64,000 bases of DNA from the human T2T-CHM13v2.0 reference genome, Homo sapiens, in the NCBI RefSeq assembly GCF_009914755.1, contig NC_060942.1; one strand, written 5' to 3'. A model generated the notes under the pieces. The model was not told where the DNA came from and searched no databases. It worked only from the letters and a program-made list of their open reading frames with translations. The number at the start of each line of letters is the position of its first letter. Within the stretch, counting starts at the first letter, position 1. Shown one piece after another: positions 28,249-41,345 of this stretch. The position numbers and the translations under genes are program-made.

Positions 28249-28340
28249 ACAATGGGATTTTTGGAGTTCCACTTACAGTCCTCCTGGACGGTGACCGAAA
28301 GAAAGACCCTGGAGTGAAAGTTCCCCTGGTATTACAAAAA
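28249..28340 (+). CDS. ARHGAP28: ARHGAP28 exon, start of RhoGAP domain, (D)NGIFGVPLTVLLDGDRKKDPGVKVPLVLQK
   Basis: FGVPL and VPLVL RhoGAP motifs; aag acceptor, AAA|gtgagt donor, 92 nt phase 1-0. Confidence 0.94.
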
Positions 28341-29369
28341 GTGAGTAGCAGGCAAATGAAAGGGGAATTCACAGAGCCTCATGCTTATGATTTGGCACTT
28401 TGTAAACCCACAAATGAATTTTCTTTTATATTTAAAGACACTATCGCCCTATTAGGACTCAGGCCCCTGGTGATTTTCAGCTTTATTCCATGCACCGCAT
28501 AACGGCCCATGGCGCCTGGACCAGTTGGCCTTGCTGCATTCTTTTGGAGCCTGTTACATTTTGTTTGCCTATAACACATCAGGTGACAGACACAGATGGT
28601 CTGACCCAGGGCACGAACAGTTGCATTTTTTTCCAATATTTTTTCAAATGTTATTTGCGCATATGAATGTGTTTGTGTGTGCATTTGATTATTCTATCTA
28701 GATAAAGATGACCATTAATTATTACCAATGCATATATAAATCATACAAATATTTGCTGAGATATAGCATAGGCTGGGTTTTAAAAATGTGTATATGTGTA
28801 ATCATTTTATCAATTTTCCAAACCAAGTTTAATAAAATCTAAAAACCAGCATGTTCCAGTCATTTTCCGGTGTGTCTGGGCAGATAGGATACATTTAGAC
28901 AAAAAGAATAATTTTGGTGGAAGGAGGTTTCGAAAATGATATTATCTGAACTATAAAATGCTAATATCTCTGTGACTATTGTTGCTGAATACCTGATTTG
29001 CTTTTAAGTCATGTTGTTTTATAGCCAGCAATTTATACTGGTTTTTACCTAAGTGTGCATTTATTCAACAGTGACATCCAGTGGCACAATTAAAATTCCT
29101 AGTCCTTAACACAAATTTTGTGGAATTTTAAATTGAGTTTTTAAATGATATTTTAAAATATTGTCTAAGGAAACATATACTTACCTGACACTGATAATCA
29201 TACATCACTTGTTTAGCTTCCTATATTTTGCTACCAGTGCCTCAAATTGAGATACTTCTCAAGTCAGGTGACTGATTGGCTGGAGATAGGAGCCAGGAAG
29301 ATGGCACCGAGATGGCCAGAGGATACAAGCAACACCTTTGTACACACGGGCCCTCTGTGGGTGACTTCC

Positions 29370-29560
29370 CTAGGCAGGGCTGTGCCAGTGCTGTTTATGT
29401 AATACCACGTCTAGTCAGCACAGAGCAGCCCAAAGAGGCTGGTGTTACCACTGCCCTTTTACTGATGAGGCAACTGAGGGATAGAAGAGTGAGAAAACTT
29501 AGCCAAGACACACAGTCAGCAAGAGGTGGAGTGGGAAAAGGAGCAGTAGCAAAATCCAGA
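29370..29560. mobile_element. MIR
   Basis: cccttttactgatgaggcaactgagggatagaagagtgag. Confidence 0.7.
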
Positions 29561-29989
29561 GTCCATGGTGACGCTGAGATTTTCTTTCCTTCATTGAGTT
29601 GAAACCAGCATTGTCTTTGTCCTGTATGTAAAGGACAGAGTTTAAAATATCAAAATCAAAGACGATTCAGCACATGAGTTTATAGTACTGTGTAGGTACA
29701 AAAATCTAGCGTAGAACTTAGCAAATAGAAAGTACTCAATAAATGCTAGTTAAACTAAATATGGATTTATATCATATTGGCAACATGTTAGCTGTTATTA
29801 CTACTGGATGTTAAGTGTTCCTCGCTACGACACCTCAAGATAGTACTCTCCCACTCCTACAAGAGAGGCTTTTCTTACAGACATGTTTCTTCTTCCTAAA
29901 TGTCTGTTTGCCTCCATACCTAGAAGAATTACCTTAGTTCCAGGTACCATCCACCATCATTTCTTGAAAGGAAAATAGCAGAGAAGCTG

Positions 29990-30200
29990 GATCCCCTTCT
30001 TACTGGGTGAACTTGGCCAAGTTATTATCCTTTCCAGAGAAGCACTGTGAGGTGCTTTATTACAGTGAATCGAACTGTTCTCCTTAGTCTCCTTAGCAGT
30101 AGAATAGGGTTATTGTGAGGATTAGATGAGTTAATGCAGGTAAAGGACTGAGAATAGGAACTTACACATAATCAATGCACAATAAATGGTAGTGTTTATT
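29990..30200. mobile_element. MIR
   Basis: gggttattgtgaggattagatgagttaatgcaggtaaag...caataaatggtag. Confidence 0.7.
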
Positions 30201-30414
30201 ACTTTTTTAACACCTATCACCATCCTGAGAACTCACGAAAGCTATTAATCTTTACCCCGTCTAAACTCCTTGATCAGACATCTAGAATTCCTATAGTTTC
30301 TTAGTCAGAGTGATTGCAACCAATGACAGTAGATTTAGAATCTCTTGTTACTGATCAGTCTGCAGAAAGAGTTATAGTAATCAGATCTTAAAAATGGTTA
30401 AGAGGCATGTATAA

Positions 30415-30620
30415 TTTTAGAGTGGTTAAGAGCACGAACTTGAGTCAGTGCCGTTACTTACGAGGTTGATCTTGGGAAAGTTGTATAACTGCTATAAATC
30501 TCTACTTTCTCATTTGCATGTCGGAGGATAACGTTGACGTCATAGGATGGTTATGAACATTTAACACAGCATTCAAGTGCCAGGCAAATATATATATGCT
30601 TGGTAACTTATTGATTCATG
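30415..30620. mobile_element. MIR
   Basis: agtggttaagagcac...cttgggaaagttgtataac...tttctcatttg...ataggatggttatga. Confidence 0.65.
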
Positions 30621-30695
30621 TCATCATTGTTACTGTTTCATATGTTTATGATCATATAGAGGTACTTATTCTGGTAATATATCATTGCTTTCTAG

Positions 30696-30773
30696 TTTTT
30701 TGAGAAAGTTGAGGAATCAGGTCTGGAATCTGAAGGAATTTTTCGACTTTCAGGATGTACTGCTAAAGTCAAG
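30696..30773 (+). CDS. ARHGAP28: ARHGAP28 exon with catalytic arginine finger, FFEKVEESGLESEGIFRLSGCTAKVK
   Basis: GLxxEGIFRxSG RhoGAP signature (CGA at 30744-30746); ttgctttctag acceptor, AAG|gtaccg donor, 78 nt phase 0-0. Confidence 0.96.
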
Positions 30774-30993
30774 GTACCGAACATTTTGTCTCTTCCTAGG
30801 TAGAGTTCTAAGCTAGCTAGACCCAGTTCACACAAGCATCGGGGATCCAGATATTTGTTGTTGTTTATTAGATATTATCACTTGGTCCTTCCTAGTATTC
30901 CTTGGTACCTGTGGTAAAATGTTTGTTCCAGAGTTTTTTCATGATCCAGAATTTTAAAAATCAAAACGGAAACATTAAAAAACCAAAAACAAC

Positions 30994-31109
30994 AATGAAA
31001 TAGCACATCAATTCACCATCAAAAACTGCTGCTTGCCTTTAGTTTGGAAAAAATGAAATAGCACATCAATTCACCATCAAAAACTGCTGCTTGCCTTTAG
31101 TTTGTAAAA
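30994..31109. repeat. 58-bp near-perfect tandem duplication
   Basis: aatgaaatagcacatcaattcaccatcaaaaactgctgcttgcctttagtttgKaaaa twice, one mismatch. Confidence 0.96.
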
Positions 31110-31794
31110 GTTGAAACGTCTCACTGCTGTTTTGGAGGTTAAACACCTTAGTTTGTTGTGCTCCTCTCAGCCGTGGAATTCACTAAGCCAATGTTATATG
31201 AGTCTTTATTTCCATCATTCGTTGGTTTAAACATTCTTTGGCTCTCCCTTTAGTGAAAGCTCTTACAGGAATTTGTAGCAATGGCTATAACCACTAGAAT
31301 ACTCACTCAGCAGTTCCAAAACCCAGTTCCACTTACAGTAATGTTAACATCCACATCTAAAACCAGCTGTTCAGTGTGAATCTTATTCTTTTGCTTTCTT
31401 ACTTCCATGAGGTGGCAAACTCTACAGTACAATAAAGCAAAGAACTGTTAGAAAAGAAAAGCTTTTCTCATAAAAATCCAGCAAAACATCCCACTGTGTC
31501 TGCGGGTAGGCATACACCATGGAGAGCTCATTCCTGTGGTTGGATCACTCCCTGTCTTGCAGATGTGAAAACCTGAGCAGTTTTAAAAGCTGGATCCCTG
31601 AGCAAACAGTCTCAGGGGCAGGGGAAAACCAATGTGGTAATGTTTATCAAAAAGACATTTGTAGAGGCAAAACAGCATCTCTTCATTAATTCATTTTGGT
31701 ACATGCTTTGGGAAATTCTATTTGTATCAGTATCAGAGTTTTTATATAGAAGTGTGACGAGAGGTTTTTCTAAGTGGAAACTGAGAATAGATAG

Positions 31795-32190
31795 GCTGCG
31801 TCTATTGGATCCTCCAGAAAGCAGATGCTGAGATGGGTGAGGAGCGGAGGAGAGTCACGGCGGTTCTGCTTCTGCAGGATGAAAGGGGCAGGAACCAGGA
31901 TTGGCTGGGGTGAGGCTCTAACCACGGTGCAGGTCAGACAATTCCTAACCATGGAGGAGCCGTGTGCTGGGCAGAATGGGCAAGGCCCTGGTACCCATGC
32001 CTCACCCCGTCGTGGGCTGGGGCTTCCTGCAGAAAATATGGCTGAGCCACATCCAGAAGGGGCCCACAGCTGGGAGAGTCGGCTACCTGGGCTTTTGCAC
32101 GTGAGGGCAAGGTCTTCCGTGAAGCGAGGTCGGAGCAGGGCACCAGGGCATCAGGGCTCCGGGCATGTTGAGGGGTTACGGCTTCCCTGA
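31795..32190 (-). mobile_element. LTR16-like ERVL LTR
   Basis: ccagaaagcagatgctgagatggg...ggaaccaggattggctgggg resembles the reverse of the recalled LTR16 consensus. Confidence 0.5.
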
Positions 32191-32517
32191 GAGTGGAGTT
32201 GGCTGAATGCTGGCACAAGTTCTTGTGGAAGGCAGGGAAATGCCCAACGGCTCCTTAAGGTTTATGCTTTCTAGGTTGCATCTGCTTTCTGTCTCCGTTT
32301 CTCGTGTGTTTCGTTCTTACATACTCTTCTAAAAAAATGTATCCTACAAGTAAGGATGAAAACCATTACTTATTTTGGTTAAATCTTTGGTTATATCTGC
32401 AGAGTCAGAGAACCAAAATGAAAGAAAGAAATTTCCTAAACAGAAACAGATTCCATCTCTTGAAACCTCTGTCCATAATTGGGAAACTGTATTTGCACAT
32501 ATTCTTACTGGTTCCTC

Positions 32518-32590
32518 TGTGTGTGTGTGTGTGTATGTGCATGTGTGTGTGTGTATGTATGTGCCTGTGTACACATGCATGCATGGGTGT
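32518..32590. repeat. Imperfect (TG)n alternating purine-pyrimidine tract
   Basis: Read directly. Confidence 0.9.
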
Positions 32591-32663
32591 ATAACATGCA
32601 TAATGCATATGATTTAAATGTCCTGTTTCTAAATCACCGAAAGGAGAAAACATTACAGAGCAT

Positions 32664-33070
32664 TGTCCAACAATGATAGACTGGATTAAGAAAATGTGGC
32701 ACATATACACCATGGAATACTATGCAGCCATAAAAAATGATGAGTTCATGTCCTTTGTAGGGACATGGATGAAATTGGAAATCATCATTCTCAGCAAACT
32801 ATCGCAAGGACAAAAAACCAAACACCGCATGTTCTCACTCATAGATGGAAATTGAACAATGAGAACACATGGACACAGGAAGGGGAACATCACACTCTGG
32901 GGACTGTTGTGGGGTGGGGGGAGGGGGGAGGGATAGCATTGGGAGATATACCTAATGCTAGATGATGAGTTAGTGGGTGCAGCACACCAGCATGGCACAT
33001 GTATACATATGTAACTAACCTGCACATTGTGCACATGTACCCTAAAACTTAAAGTATAATAAAAAAAAAA
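32664..33070 (+). mobile_element. Young 5'-truncated L1 (L1PA2/PA3-like)
   Basis: Near-consensus L1PA 3' end with G-rich tract and poly(A); TSD attacagagcatt/attacagggcatt; lacks the L1HS-Ta ACA diagnostic. Confidence 0.95.
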
Positions 33071-34699
33071 TTACAGGGCATTTCTTATGTGCACAAAGTT
33101 TAACGTCATAGCAGCAGCTACCTTTCTTTGGCTAATCTTCCACTGAAAAATGCTTCTCAAAGGCTAATCGTTCCTTCAGAAAGTTATTATAGGCACATGC
33201 ATTCCTGAACCACATACAGGTCAGTCTTTTTTCTCCCCTACCCAGTTTTATGTAGTTTCAGCCTAATTTATTCCATCACTTATTAGTGGAAAATGTAATC
33301 CAGATGTTTTCATGGTTTGAGCCCTAGGAAGGCCAATGTGAAAGAAATCTGGGCAAGTGAACAGAAACCGGGAAACACTGCCGTTAGAAAGACATTGAAA
33401 CGTGATGCATTAAAGGGTTCTTTATTCCTCTCCTTTATTCAAACTTTTTATTTAAACTACCTCCTTTTTTGTAATTCATCCACTAAACTACTAAAAACTC
33501 CATTATAATTATCCTCGGATTGAACCAAGTCGATGATACCAGCCCTGTGGTCCGCTAGTGTATCATTACTGTGAACGGTCTGGCCTGGCTTTGTGCTTTA
33601 AATGCTTGGGGAGGCTGACAGGGGAGCAGCCCTGGGAGGAAGCTGCTGGTTTTAGCCAAACAGGGAACACGCAGCTGTGGAGCCAAGTCCCAGACTTGAG
33701 GCCTCAGCTCATTTGGAACCAATTTAATGCTTTGGTTGGTGTTTGCAATGATTTTCTTTTCAAAAATGACAGAAATTTGAGCCAAACACCGGGGAATATA
33801 TTTTATGGAAAGAGGCAGACTGTTTGACATGCGAGATTTTCTTTTTTGACTAGTTTGAATCATTCCAAGGCTGTTCTAAATGTTTTATAATTACCTCACC
33901 TGGCTTATTTAGGCTGGTCATTTGCATTTGTATAAAACTACCTCCAAAATAGAGGCACATTGCATTTTTGCTGAAGGGAGATTTAATGACAAGACTTCTC
34001 ATCCTTGCCTAGTCAGGGGTCAGAAAAACAGGGCTTCTGAACCTCTAAGTGCTCCCCATCTTTGGCAAGGTAAACTCATACCCGGCTGACATGGTTTCAC
34101 ATTGGGGCCACCACAGAAATGTCAGCTCTGTTCAGAACCAAAAAAAGACATTATTTCTCTCAGTGTTGCTTTATACTAGCCATCCAGACAGTATGACGCG
34201 GTATTATTCCCTAAACAGTCACGCCGCATACGCGTGGGATTCCCATAGTAATGACACTGCAGGTTAGAATAGACCTGAGAGTGGGGGAGGGGCGAGCAGC
34301 CAGTGCGGTGTTTATTGAGAGCTGTCAGCATGGCAGGCCCTGCCCTGTGAGCTCTACATGATATTATTTGTTTTGATCTTGGGAATGTCGTTTTAATATT
34401 CCATTGTACATTGAGAAGCTTGAAGCACAGACCATAACCTAGTCAGTTGCTGAGTTCGGATAAAAGCCTAAAGGATCTGGTTGTAGCACCTGCCCTTGAC
34501 CCTGGTGCCCTGTTGCCCCTTAGGTGACTGGGAACTACTCACAGGTTAGGACGGCCACATTTGTGATTCAGATAGATTCCTTTGCAGAGGTATGTGGAAA
34601 ATGAATTTGAATTCTTCTCCTCTCGCTGGTGCTTCCTGTGCACTTGGAAAACAATGTCCCCTTTGCTTTACTGCAGTGGTACCAGGCGACTGATGGGAA

Positions 34700-35400
34700 A
34701 TGCTTACTCCTCCTCCTGTGTTTTTCCTGTTAACAACACTGCCATCTGCCCATTACAAATCAGATGGAAATCGTCTTGGAAAATCATCTCGGATGATTAT
34801 TTCTCCCTTTGAGTCTCATATTCAATCCATCACTGATTCTTGAGAATTTTCCCTCCTGGGCATTTCTTCAATGCCTCCTCTCCTTTCTATCCTACAACTG
34901 TTTATCCAGATTAGTCCTTAGTTATCCCTCCCTGGAAGTGGTGCTGTGGCTTCATAACTGGGTTCTTTGCCTGTCACTCGCTTCCACCCACCCGACCTAT
35001 GCCAAGCTCCACGCTCCCCCAAATCATTTTTCCATCTGGCTGTCAGAAAAGACAAATCTACCCTTGCCATTCCCGTGCTTAGAGATGTTCCAGGCTGCCT
35101 CATTGCCTACAGCGTGAAGGCTAGTCCCCTTAGCACTGGCGCTCGCTGCTCTCCAGCCTTGTTCCTTGCCCTAGATGCGCCAGCAAGGCTGAATGAACTG
35201 GAGTTCCCCAGACACACTGGATCTGCTGGCATTTGTATCACTGCTTGAGCAGGATCCCCTTCTATTTCCTATTCCCTGTAATCCTCAAGACTTGCCCCTA
35301 GCAGAGTTTGACTCCTCTCTTTCCTGGCTGCATAGCACCAATACATGACTTTTCTTATAGCATGTGCACTCTAAATGAGTCGTATCAGCTCATGAAATAG
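34700..35400 (+). mobile_element. L2 fragment, degraded
   Basis: ttccaggctgcctcattgcctacagcgtgaaggctagtcccccttagcactggc resembles L2. Confidence 0.5.
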
Positions 35401-36701
35401 TCCCACCCACTAGATTACAGGACACCGAAAGGCAAAGAATGGATCTCATGCATCCTCTTTTCAGAGCCCACTCTATCTCTTTCATTTTAGGGAGAACTTT
35501 ATATTTATGCTTAAGGTTTTGTAAAGTGTATTTATCACCAGAGGGTTTCTTGATTAGCCAAAGTATTCCTATAAGATTGAAAGCTTCTCCAGGGCAAGAT
35601 GAAAATCTCCTTTTGATCTTATCAGTAGAGGTTAGAGGGTGCATCAGAATCATGCATATCTCTGCAAGAAACTTGTGCTGCCAGGGACCTCCAGTTTTCA
35701 GGCTCTGGGAGCCAAGAGAGTGATTATGTCTGGCTGGTTAATGAGCTAATCCTTATTAGGAAAAGGTCAGATGTGCACACTGACTCTGGCTGTGCGTGCT
35801 CAAGGCCAGAAGAATTAGGCTTCTCATGAGAATAAAGCAGAGGTCTTAAAGAAACAGAGCTTTTAGAGTTCCCTTTCTAAGTATCTTTTCTGGAGCAGTT
35901 AGTGTCAGCTGGGAGACTGACTATAACTGCTGGCATTATAGGTAAACCTTGTAGTTCAAAGGAGCAGTGAAAAATGAGTTTGCCTTTGAAAAGAAACATG
36001 AAGCCTGAGTGGCATTGATAATCAGATGAATTCATAATGTAAAATTTGTTAGCCAAGTAGAACTTACGGAGGCTTAGAGGTTTTTTTAAAAGTATTTGCA
36101 CAGTGTTCCAAACCTTACAAAGGATTGGGCAAGCATGCAAACATGTGGAAGGCATGTGTCTGTCTTGGAATAAAACTTCGCTGTCACTGCTCCAGGAAGA
36201 TGTCATAGGTTTGCATGTTGCAGCGAGGTCAGAGTTACTTTACTGGGATATTTCTCATTCTGTTTGTGAACTGGCTGAGAGGCAAACCTTCTTGATCTAA
36301 TTTAGAAATAGAAGAGAGGATGGCAGAAGGGATTATGAAAAGAGGGGGAACGGAGACTTTGTCAGAATCTAACAGTGTATTTATCATGTGGGAATAGTGG
36401 TATTCTGCCAAAACCACAGAAATGAAACTGTGATCAGAGTAGAGAACTTCTATATTTGTGTAGAATTAGAAAATTATTTCAAGATCAACATTATTTTTTA
36501 AATATTTTAGAAAATTGTTTTTAAAAATTCATCCTCACATAGCTATTTGCCTTAATCATGTTGAAAAAAAATTACTCTTGGTAGACATTACCTTACCAGT
36601 CTGTTTACAAAAACAGTTTATATAAGAACAGTTTTCGAAGGGGAAAATGGGGTCAGGTGGTAAAAGTGCATTGAATACTGACTGTTTTCCTTGATTTACA
36701 G

Positions 36702-36864
36702 CAATACCGTGAAGAACTTGATGCCAAGTTTAATGCTGATAAATTTAAATGGGACAAAATGTGCCATAGAGAAGCTGCAGTAATGTTGAAAGCGTTTTTC
36801 AGAGAACTACCCACCTCTCTCTTCCCTGTGGAATATATACCTGCCTTCATCAGTCTAATGGAAA
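36702..36864 (+). CDS. ARHGAP28: ARHGAP28 RhoGAP exon, QYREELDAKFNADKFKWDKMCHREAAVMLKAFFRELPTSLFPVEYIPAFISLME(R)
   Basis: LKxFFRELP RhoGAP motif; ttgatttacag acceptor, AAA|gtaggt donor, 163 nt phase 0-1. Confidence 0.96.
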
Positions 36865-37084
36865 GTAGGTGGAAGACGTTATATGTGAATACGCTAAGAT
36901 ATAAGGTCAATAAAGTGAGAGCAGAAGAGAGATGCTGAATCAAATGTGCTCATGTATAGATTTGCTGTGTCCTGACAGTGCTTGGTGGAATATTAAGTTT
37001 GATGGCAAACAGTCACCTACTTACATACTTATATACTTAAGCCTGGTTTAGGGTTTTATAATCATTAAAAGGCAGAGGGGTTTG

Positions 37085-37265
37085 CAGAAAGACCAGGCTC
37101 TTGAGATTTGGATTCCTGTGCAACCATCTGTTAGCCATGCAATCAAACCTTCTGAGCCTCAGTTACTACATCTGTAAATTACAGATAATAATTACCTGTC
37201 AGGGTTGCCGTGGATATTGAATGAAGTCATTTAGAATAGAGCCTGGTGTGTGATAATGCATCAAA
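37085..37265. mobile_element. MIR
   Basis: tctgagcctcagttactacatctgtaaatt...agggttgccgtggatattgaatga. Confidence 0.7.
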
Positions 37266-37804
37266 AAATACGACATCACTGCCTTTCTTAAATCTGAGGT
37301 CCTAGGTCTGATGATGCAGCATGCAATAAATACTTCACAGAAGATAATATGTCTCTGAAAATTACAAAGTCACATCATGTTTCTGAAAGTTACAAAGTCA
37401 TATAGATTAGGCCTTTAAGTGAAGTATGTGGGCAAAAGCACAAAAATTATAAAGTGTGTGTTGTAATTGACAAGGAATCATTTGGCATGGTTTGAGCATA
37501 AAGGTTGAATATTGTGGAGGATGTAACAAGAGAAAAGTTTGGAAAAGTAGAATGGGGGTACATAGTGGGGGCTTTAACTGTTAACCTGGGGAGTTCAGGC
37601 ATTGCAAATCTAAATATGTATGAGCATGCTAAGTAAATGTTGATTCTACATGGACCAAAAAGGTCTGTGTCCAAACTGAGAGGACACACCCCATCTAGAG
37701 ACATTGACCACTGCTTGGTTCTCCGTAATGGTTGCTGTGCCAGACTGAGAGCCAAATCCAGGCTTTAATGCGAAAACTCTCAATTTGAGAGTGTCAGGCA
37801 CTAA

Positions 37805-38105
37805 TTTTTTTTTTTTTTTGAGACAGAGTGTCGCACTGTTGCCCAGGCTGGAGTTCAGTGATGCGATCTTGGCTCAAAGCAACCTCCACCCCCGGGATTC
37901 AAGCGATTCTCCTGCCTCAGCCTCCTGAGTAGCTGGGATTACAGGTGTGCGCCACCACACCTGTCTGATTTTTGTATTTTTAGTAGAGACGGGGTTTCGC
38001 CATGTTGGCCAGGCTGGTCTCAAACTCCTAGCCTCAAGTGATCTCCCTGCCTCACCCTCCAAATTGCTGGGATTACAGGCGTGAGCCACCACACCTGGCC
38101 CAGCC
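37805..38105 (-). mobile_element. AluS
   Basis: Poly(T) plus full reverse Alu; TSD actaattt. Confidence 0.95.
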
Positions 38106-38655
38106 ACTAATTTAAATTTTAAAATGTTGTGTGAACTTAACAGGTGATGTCTGTATCTGCCATTGTACAACCTTCTCAGGTTGGCCAGAACTGCAATTTC
38201 ATAAAAATTACAATGAAAGAAAATAATAGATCCTAAGTTGTATGGCAAAATTTGTCCTAAAAATTATGTAGGTTCTAAATCTTTGAATGTTTTAACTAAA
38301 CCAGATTCATAAAATAATCTTTTGTGTCTTGAAAGAAGAGAATATTGTAGGCAAGGCAGTCATTTTCTAAGCTTTAATTCACATGCTGTCCGTGACCAGT
38401 ATCTATTTTCTTTGTAAGCTTACTGGGTTTTTTTAATGAGAAAAACTTGCTGAAAAAGAGAGAAGAGCTACTAATTTCCTTCATTCATTTTTGTTTCAGA
38501 CATTGTATTTTTTCAGTTCTAGAATTTTCAGTTGGTGCTTTTAAAATACTTTCTGTTTTTCTGTTGAGGTGACCTATCTTTTCATTCATTATAATCATAT
38601 TTTCCTTCACATCGTTGAGCACAGGTACAATAGCTGCTTCAAAATCCTTGTTGGC

Positions 38656-38951
38656 GGCCAGGCGCGGGGGCTCACGCCTGTAATCCCAGCACTTTGGGAG
38701 GCTGAGGTGGGCAGATCACGAGTTCAGGAGATCGAGACTATCCTGGCTAACAAGGTGAAACCCCGTCTCTACTAAAAATACAAAAAATTGGCCAGGCGTG
38801 GTGGCGGGCACCTGTAGACCCAACTACTCTGGATGCTGAGGCAGGAGAATGGTGTCAACCCAGGCGGTGGAGCTTATAGTGAGCCGAGATCGTGCCACTG
38901 CACTCCAGCCTGGGCGACAGAGCAAGACTCTGTCTCAAAAAAGAAAAAAAA
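38656..38951 (+). mobile_element. AluY-like, inserted in an antisense L1M fragment
   Basis: gagatcgagactatcctggctaaca, ggagaatggtgtcaacc; TSD aaaRtccttgttggc. Confidence 0.95.
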
Positions 38952-40986
38952 GTCCTTGTTGGCAGTTCTAACACCTGGGTTATCTCAGGGTTGGTCTCTG
39001 TCTTCTTTGAGAATGGGTTACACTTTCCTTGTTACTTTGTATGTCAAGTAAGTTTAAAGCTTATTCTGAACATTATGAATATAGTCTTTGGAGACTATGG
39101 ATTCTGAAGTATTTCTCCAAAGAATGTTGTTTGGTTTCTTTTACTATTGTTGCTCTTTTAAGCCGGCAGTTTGCTTGACTGGACTCAAATTGCCAGTGGT
39201 CTTTTGGGCAGGAGCTCAACTGTGTGTTCAGTTGTTCAATCCTTCGCCGTGTTACCCCACACACGCATGGTTTGTGGGTCAGCCAGAGATTTGGGTGAAG
39301 TTTATACCAGAATTAGGACCTTCCATCTCTGGATCACTCATTTGTTTTTGTTTTTTGGTAGTTTGAATTATGCAAGGAGGATTCAAACCTCTAATTCCAG
39401 ATCTGTTCAGAGAATCATATTTAAGAAGGGTATATGAATATATTAATTTTCATCCTCCAAAATATTCAATCCTTGTGTTCAAACCATGCCAAATGATTCC
39501 CTGACTGTCAGTTACAAAACATACTTTATAGTTTTTGTGCTTTTACCCAAATACTTCACTAAAGACCTAATCGGTATGACTTCGTAATTTTCAGAAACAC
39601 TGTGTGACGTTGTAATTTTCAGAGACCAATTATCTTCTGTGTAGCATTTACTGCATGCTGTATCATCATTACTGCCTATCTGACTACAGCCAGTACATTT
39701 CACTGAAGGGAGAGGTTCTGAGAAATATCCTGAAAGGGTTCACAAAGAGTCCACATTCCTTCGTATGACTTTGAAAGTGAAAAATACTATATTGCAGGTG
39801 GTTGAGTTGATACCAGCGAACCCTGCAGGAAACCCAGAGTTCTGGCCTGCTACCAGCAGGAAATAATGGCCTTTTTGCCACCTAAGTAAGCTCTAGTTGT
39901 AACAAGATTCTCTGAAGGGGAGGATTGTGAACAAGCGCGCGTGTGTGTGTGTTTAAGCTGTCCCTCTCAATACCCTCAAATGGAGCTCAGAGAACACAGA
40001 GCCTTTTCCACTAATGTCGTTACTTTCTCTTTTCAAACTTGGCCCCAAACTTGACCGTAAAATTAAAGGACTAGTATCATCATCAGTCAAGCCTCAGATG
40101 CTTTCATTACATGCTTAATAACTTTCTGGGGAAATAATGACCTCAGGAAAGAGAATACTTGTGACGGGGATGTATTAAATGAATTAACTACAAAACTATT
40201 AATCACAAAACAGCGTTGGGCCAGGTTTCCTAAGTAAAATGAAAATGGATTATTTGCCAAATTAAACTTAACTTAAAAGAGCTTCTTAATTTCTCTGAAG
40301 TTAATGGAAACACAGTGGTCCCAAGCCTACATCTGCATCTCTTGTTTTTTTCTTCCCCAGAGTTGTTTTTTTTTTTTTTTAATTGCGTTGGAAGATTAGA
40401 GACAGTCCTCAGCCTGCAGTTTATGCACTAACATTATGTCTTGTCTGCCCCTAAATGCTTTGCACTGAGACTTGCTCTTAAAGTTTCTATTATTCAGGCA
40501 AGCTCACAGCAATGTGTATTTGCTGTTTTCAGTAACATCCTGGACCTGCGTCATTATAAATTTGATACAAGTTATCCACAAATCTACACATGGATTTTTC
40601 TTCAACAATATGATCCTCCCTCTCTCCCCATATTGCTTGGTTGTATACACTTGTCATCTACTCCTGAACTCTAGCACGCACAGCTCCAGTAACCTACTAG
40701 CTTGTCACAAGTGTTTCCACTGCTATACAGCTCAGTTAACTTCACCAGCAGCTGACTGCCTTCCAGCCATTGAATAGAAATAGATTTTCCTTCAACTTGA
40801 GAACTCCCCAGAGATTCCAGAACATAATGCTTTCCTCCAAGAACTCCCCACCAAGACACCATTTTGAAGAAAATACAGAGGGACAAAGGAAAGCCTAGAT
40901 TCTCTGGTGTATTCTAAATTTTCAGCACAGCTGGTCGTGGATTATCCAGCTGTGGATGGAATCCCTGAGTATAAATGCCAACCCTC

Positions 40987-41005
40987 TGGCGCCATCTTGT
41001 GTCAT
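40987..41005 (-). promoter_or_regulatory. Candidate YY1 / CTCF-like motif, reverse orientation
   Basis: CGCCATCTTG at 40990-40999 is the YY1 core; the - strand reads GACACAAGATGGCGCCA, which is CTCF-like. Confidence 0.4.
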
Positions 41006-41124
41006 TACTGAGGAAGAAAATACTCAACAATCTCCAAAGATCCAACTACAGTCATCACCTTCCCTAAGTGTCCATGGAAGATCTAGAATAAGTGTCATAG
41101 ATCATAAAAGCAAGAGCAAATATG

Positions 41125-41345
41125 TAGAAAGATAACTATGTACAGGTACTGATTTAAACACTCTACATATATTAACTCATTTAATCCTCATAACAGCCTG
41201 TGAGGTAGATACAATGACTATTCCTATTTTACAGATAATAAAGTAGATGCAACAGGGATTAAATAACCTGCCCCAGGTCACACAGCGACTAAATAGTAGT
41301 CCAGGTTTGAAACCTGGTTCTAAATCTGTGTTCCTAATACTTATA
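41125..41345. mobile_element. MIR
   Basis: attaactcatttaatcctcataacagcctgtgaggtag...cctattttacagat...aggtcacacagc. Confidence 0.9.

Noticed and set aside
39934-39952. (GC)n(GT)n potential Z-DNA tract
   Set aside because: Short and common; no supporting context
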